Under the pieces are notes generated by a model. The model was not told the DNA's origin and ran no database searches. It worked only from the letters and a program-made list of their open reading frames with translations. A DNA stretch of 63,345 nt, the filler included, from Dugesia japonica (taxonomy: Eukaryota): the NCBI GenBank assembly GCA_001938525.1. It is 6 parts of 6 records of this genome, joined end to end, with 100 filler letters (N's around TTAATTAATTAA, not from the genome) between each part and the next. Parts side by side here need not be neighbours in the genome. Positions count along the whole stretch, not along the records: positions 54,364 to 63,345 come from MQRL01607576.1; 5 more parts are not named here. One strand, written 5' to 3'. The position numbers were made by a program, and so were the translations under genes. Within the stretch, counting starts at the first letter, position 1; each line of letters begins with the position of its first letter. Of the stretch, positions 57,998 through 63,345 are shown in pieces.

Positions 57998-58356
57998 GTG
58001 CACTCATCATTAAATCGTATTCCGGTTCCTACGAAAAAGATGCGGGACGAAAGCGAGGACCGGGAAATGACATGGGACCTGTATCGTCTCGCCAAGCGTA
58101 AGTGGGAGGCGGATACAGCCAATGTTAATAGTAAAGTAAGCCGATACCGAAAGAAGTGTGTGGTTTTCCGAAAGGAGGTCGAGGCCTCCCATACACAAGA
58201 ACGGGTATGGAAGGGCAAGTAGAATCCTTGGTTGAGATGATCCGGTCCTACCAAGACCGAGAAAATAAACTAGTAAGTGATGTTCTGAAGTTGAGGGTAG
58301 CCATGCCCCTAGAACCTCTAATGGTGGAGAAAAGTACCCAAACCATTAAGAGTTAA
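57998..58356 (+). pseudogene. Orphan ORF 3 (basic region + coiled coil, one frameshift, C-terminal KSTQT)
   Basis: Begins after aacttttag. ORFs 57998-58222 and 58156-58356 join via a frameshift near 58210. KSTQT at 58330-58344; AATAAA at ~58379. Confidence 0.5.
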
Positions 58357-58488
58357 TTTGGAGGCCACCTTTTTTGTTAATAAATTTTATAGTTTGAATT
58401 GTCTCTTGAATTTTCTTTTGTTATTTCCAGTAGTTGTATATTCTTTTCCATTGAGAAAACTTTACCAAATTAATGCTAATTTGTTTTA

Positions 58489-58872
58489 GTGACTCGTATC
58501 CATTTCCCAAACAATATCCGTAGATGCCACCACATACTGCGCCGTCTGCTGGTAGAGAGGCATCTGAAACGAAAGACCAATCAGGCCTTATTACATCATT
58601 TAGATCAAAGAGATAATTTAATTAAAAGATTGGACGCGATAGTAAAGAAACAAAATGACCTTGCCATTCAGACCAAGACATTAGAAACAGAGAATAAGCA
58701 ATTATTACACCGAAAAATAGAATTCCTGAAACAATATATTGCGGATTTATCGAGGCAGATTGGCAACCCTAATGCCATGCAGTGGGACGACGATGAGGAT
58801 ATCGCTGCATTCAATTTTGTCGTAACGTCCCCTGACCAGTGGCTAGATCCGGGAGCATTGGATCTACTTTAG
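58489..58872 (+). CDS. Orphan ORF 4 (coiled coil with acidic/aromatic tail)
   Basis: Begins after ttgttttag, so the start codon would come from an upstream exon. Heptad-like LETENKQLLHRKIEFLKQYIADL; AATAAA at ~58887. Confidence 0.5.
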   Translation: MTRIHFPNNIRRCHHILRRLLVERHLKRKTNQALLHHLDQRDNLIKRLDAIVKKQNDLAIQTKTLETENKQLLHRKIEFLKQYIADLSRQIGNPNAMQWDDDEDIAAFNFVVTSPDQWLDPGALDLL

Positions 58873-60357
58873 ATGTGTTTACTTTTAATAAAATAATTTT
58901 ATCTGAATTGCAATTTCTTTTATTTGGTGATAACAATAAGGGAAAAATAGTGAACCCGAAATAAAGGTTTATNNNNNNNNNNNNNNNNNNNNNNNNNNNN
59001 NNNNNNNNNNNNNNNNNNNNNNTACCACAGGGACGGTAGGGTAAATTCTTGAAAGGGTTCCCCTGAGGGCTGTTTTTCCCCAGCCGCCTTTTTCGTATCA
59101 CTCAACTCAGATGGGACCCCAACAATAATAATATAATAATAATATTATTTACTATTATTTAATATTATTTAATATTATTTACTATTATTATTAACTATTA
59201 TTTAATGCAAGACGTTACGAAACTATTAAGTTTTTTTTAATACTCTTTACCTAATCCAGAGCATTGCCCATGTGACTAAGTATACAGTACTTTTTCAAAA
59301 TGTAATTACATACCATGACGTCATCAGATATTTGTATTTTAGAATAAACTGTTGACTCAAGTTACGCAACGGGGGATTCTAGAGCAGAAAGCTTACATCA
59401 TACACTTGCATTTTAATTCAATTTATTAATATTTTATGTAAATTATTAAAACAATTTCTCATAATTTAAGTGCAATATAAATGGTGATCGGGACAATTTT
59501 TACCTTGAAAGATTTCAGTATTTCAATTAGTTTTTACAATAAACGTTGTGGAATAAATACTACAAAGGAATAATTCCAACCAATAGAACTTAAGATAAAT
59601 TATTTTCATATATGATAAATTTCTATTTGTAATAGTTGTATTACAGACATTATAGTTTTAATTTGAAATAAGAATGTGAAATTAATTGTTGTGATTTGTA
59701 AAATCGTTAGACGAATTACCTAATAAATACAACCTTAACTCTATCAATTACACTAAAATTTAACACTTCATTGATAAACTCATGGCTAAACAATACCAAA
59801 TAATTAATTCATATACAGATCGTTTAATAGATTTTCTTGACAAAAATTATTCCCATTTTGTAGAATTTCCGTTATTAATCCGTCAATGTTTAACATTAAT
59901 AAAACTTTTTAGTGGCCAATCATTCATCAAATAAGTAAAATATAAACCAAACATGTCGACTGACAAACAAACTTTGTTCTGCAAAGTTGTCAATTGTTAT
60001 TTGATGTTTTTCTTTTCATTTATAATAAATAATTTCATTTGAATAATTATCAAATGAATTTTAAATACATTTAATCGAATTCGAAGACAAATATAATTAA
60101 AATATCAGGAAGCATATCAAATGAATTAATCAATATTATTTTGTAATTTTTTCATTTAAATTTAATTTAAATTTTTGAATGATAATTTTCGATAAATTCA
60201 GATTTCATTAATTAAACTGTAGAAAATTAAATGAATAAGAATTTTAAAAGTTGAGGGAGTGTAAACTCAATATAATAAAAGCTTTAAAAAGTTTTTATTT
60301 TTTTAAATAATTAATAAAATTAAAGAAATCAGAAGAATTATTTTGAGAATATTATTA

Positions 60358-60420
<63 letters not shown>

Positions 60421-60512
60421 NNNNNNNNNNNNNNNNNNNNNNNNNNNNNNNNNNNNNNNNNNNNNNNNNNNNNNNNNNNNNNNNNNNNNNNNNNNNNNNN
60501 NNNNNNNNNNNN

Positions 60513-60576
<64 letters not shown>
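60358..60576. repeat. (ATT)n microsatellite; others at 46955-47020, 49389-49460, 54198-54263 and 63278-63345
   Basis: Seen directly in the sequence. Confidence 0.95.
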
Positions 60577-60577
<1 letters not shown>

Positions 60578-60673
60578 GATAATGATGATGATGAATATTT
60601 ATTTAATAATAATTCTAAAAATTTTAATTTAGATAAAACTTTTAAAATAAATGAAATTATAAATAATAATAGA

Positions 60674-61520
60674 ATGTCTGAATCATGTATTGAAAAAAAT
60701 AAATGTTCATTTGATAATAATGATATTCATGATTTAAATTTAATTCATTATTTTAAAATTGACGGTAGGCACTTTAATAAAATAACACTGAATAGTTTGA
60801 AATTTAATACGTTATTTGTTACTGGAGCCAAAATAAGTATAGTTGGTAAAAACATTGTTAAGAAATTAGGAATTAAAATATGTAAAGAAAAATGTAAAAA
60901 CGTTTAATGTGCTAATGGCAGTGAATTAATATCAATAGGCAAAATAAGAATAAGTGTTGAATTTAATCGAAAAATGGTAAAAGGAGAATTTTATGTCGCT
61001 GACAAAATATATCCTGAAGTAGTGATTGGAATTGATGTTTAAATATTTTAAAAATAAGATTAGTTGAAATAGATAGTATAATGAATAATGTATTAAGTTT
61101 AGAAGCTAAATTTCTCAAAAATTTATGTATAGATGAAAATTTTAAAAATATAGTTATAAGCAAAAACCATTCACTATTTCCTATTATAACGAAATTTAGA
61201 CATATTTTTTATGAGAACAAATGGGATATAAGTAGAACTCAAATTATTAAACAACGAATATTAAAGGAATATCCACCTATATTGATCAAATCGAGACGAC
61301 AACCAGTTCATTATGAACTTAGATTAGAAGAAATAATGAAAAATTTAGAAGAAAATAATATTATTAAAAAATGCAAATCTCCTTGGAATTCGCCAATTGT
61401 TTGTGTTAAGAAGAAAGAATCTCATGAAATTAGGATGTGCTTAGATTTTAGACAATTAAATAAGAATACAGTGCGACCAGCATTTACAATTCTAAATATA
61501 AACGAAATGCTTGATTCAAA
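60674..61520 (+). mobile_element. Gypsy protease and RT N-terminal fragment
   Basis: TLFVTGAKISIV (degenerate DTGA), VVIGID, SPWNSPIVCVKKK..IRMCLDFRQLNKNT. Confidence 0.85.
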
Positions 61521-61949
61521 TAAATATTTTGTTTTTACAAAATTTTATAATTTACATAATCACTCGGGATAATCAAATATTCATTCAAAAATTTTAAAGT
61601 TTCATAAATTATATTCACTATATACATTAAAATACAACTTTACACTATTAGCATAATTTAACTACTAATTACTGATATGTATTATTGAGCCTTTGTTTAG
61701 GGCCTGCCAGATATGTAGCTATTTTATTACTTTGTTTTATAATCACCAATTATTTAATATTTTATTATTAATGATTGCTACATATTTAAAAAAAACATTT
61801 TTTTTAAAAGTTTCAAAAAACCAATTTTTATATTGTATATAAAAAATTAAAATTTCACAGATAATTGAAATCCATTTGAAATCACCCTTACAATTATTAT
61901 TGTTAATAATTATTATTCTACTATTGATAATTTATTTTCAAAATCTCAA

Positions 61950-63200
61950 TATCCACGTCTCAAAAACAGCTTTTCGTATTGTTTTCTTTTCTTGTCTAGG
62001 CAATGCTTTANNNNNNNNNNNNNNNNNNNNNNNNNNNNNNNNNNNNNNNNNNNNNNNNNNNNNNNNNNNNNNNNNNNNNNNNNNNNNNNNNNNNNNNNNN
62101 NNNNNNNNNNNNNNNNNNNNAATTTTTTGTCTTCTCTTTAATTACTGTCGTCACTACTTTAGTCTTCTGAACAATTTCACAACTATGAAGTATCTTCTGT
62201 ATTTGGCCCAACAAATTCTTTGCAATATATTTGTTTCTCATATATTCGTAAACCTTCTCAACTTCTACATGACATAATAATTTGTGTATTTCTTCTATTG
62301 CTTTTATTGTCTCAATCTTCCCATTTTTGGCATCTTCATGTGACATTTGGCATTGTACACATACCTCACATCTTGGTCTAGATAACATATTTGCATTAGA
62401 ATGTTGAATTTCTTTTCTATATTCCAAAACCATTTCTAAACTACTCAGATAATTAATCTATGTCTGGAATTGTGTCGTAATTGGTTTTTTCACCGTCATC
62501 ATGAAGGTTAAAGCTTTATGATCTGTTCTACTTTACAAGTAATGTTTGTAATGCATGCAGAAATAATAAACAGCGAATAATTCCTTTCGTGTAATACAGT
62601 ATCCTTTTTTATGACTCGTAATTGAGTGTGATCCATATGCAACAACTTTTTCTCTTCCTTTTTTTATCTCTCTGTTACAATACTGCTCCAATTGTATCGA
62701 AACTGGCATCTGTATCTAATATAAATTCTCTGTTTATGTCTGGAAAACACCATATTGGTGCAGTCATTAGAGATTTCTCCAGACCCTCAAAAGTTTATTT
62801 CATTTGGTATTCTAATTTTTTGTTTCATGATCCGATACACAAATATCCTAAGATCCTTGATTTTCTAGAATAATTTTCTTTAAACTTCCTGTAGTAATTA
62901 CGAATTCCTAAGAAACTTCGTAACTTCTTCACACAGTTAGGTTTACCAAATGATCTTATTGCTTCTATTTTAGACGGATCAGTTCAAACACCATCTCTGC
63001 TAATTATATGTACAAGAAATTTGATTTCGCTTTGAAGAAACTGACACTTTTCTGGATTAATTCTTAAACCAGCCCTCATTATTTCGGTCAATGCTCTTTT
63101 CATAGTGTTAATCTTTATTGTTCGTAAATATCAAGATGTCATCAAGATAAATCATGGCTCCATTGATTCCGACAATCACGTTTGTCATGATCTAATCATC
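61950..63200 (-). mobile_element. Gypsy RT-RNase H-integrase fragment, same family as 19417 and 42540
   Basis: MIYLDDIL, INPEKCQF, LRSFLGI.NYYRKF, FILDTDASFDTIGAVL, TDHKALTFM, LSRPRCEVCVQCQMSHED. Confidence 0.88.
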
Positions 63201-63279
63201 TTTTCGTTACTGCATTCAATTGTCTGAAATCTAAAAATATTTTTATGTCTTTTTTTCCTTTTTCAAACAAAAATCAATA

Positions 63280-63345
<66 letters not shown>

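Overview
Very AT-rich eukaryotic (invertebrate-like, possibly flatworm) DNA with ~40-60 nt introns and (ATT)n tracts. The window is not one locus. Five identical 100-bp spacers (44 N + TTAATTAATTAA + 44 N) split it into six joined contigs: 1-8888, 8989-24535, 24636-36133, 36234-45290, 45391-54263 and 54364-63345. Two host genes are recognisable: a complete 3-exon RPB11/POLR2J and part of an ABCC/MRP1-like transporter. Nearly everything else is decayed mobile DNA. This includes two different Polinton/Maverick (adintovirus-like) remnants plus a third pPolB fragment, nested and fragmentary Gypsy LTR elements, a mariner, a MULE fragment, an R2/NeSL-type non-LTR fragment, two Penelope elements with hammerhead motifs, a dispersed palindromic hammerhead-bearing repeat family and several MITEs. 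The most interesting items are: (i) an intronless, compact TATA-binding-protein-like gene (not in the ORF track) next to a Polinton packaging ATPase, near an array of RFX X-boxes and nuclear-receptor half-sites; (ii) a cassette of small orphan ORFs, each with a splice acceptor and most with their own AATAAA, one ending in a KSTQT dynein-light-chain motif; (iii) a Gag-like polyprotein with a duplicated capsid/knuckle module, about 11 zinc knuckles and no visible RT. All family assignments come from manual translation and motif recognition; no database searches were run.
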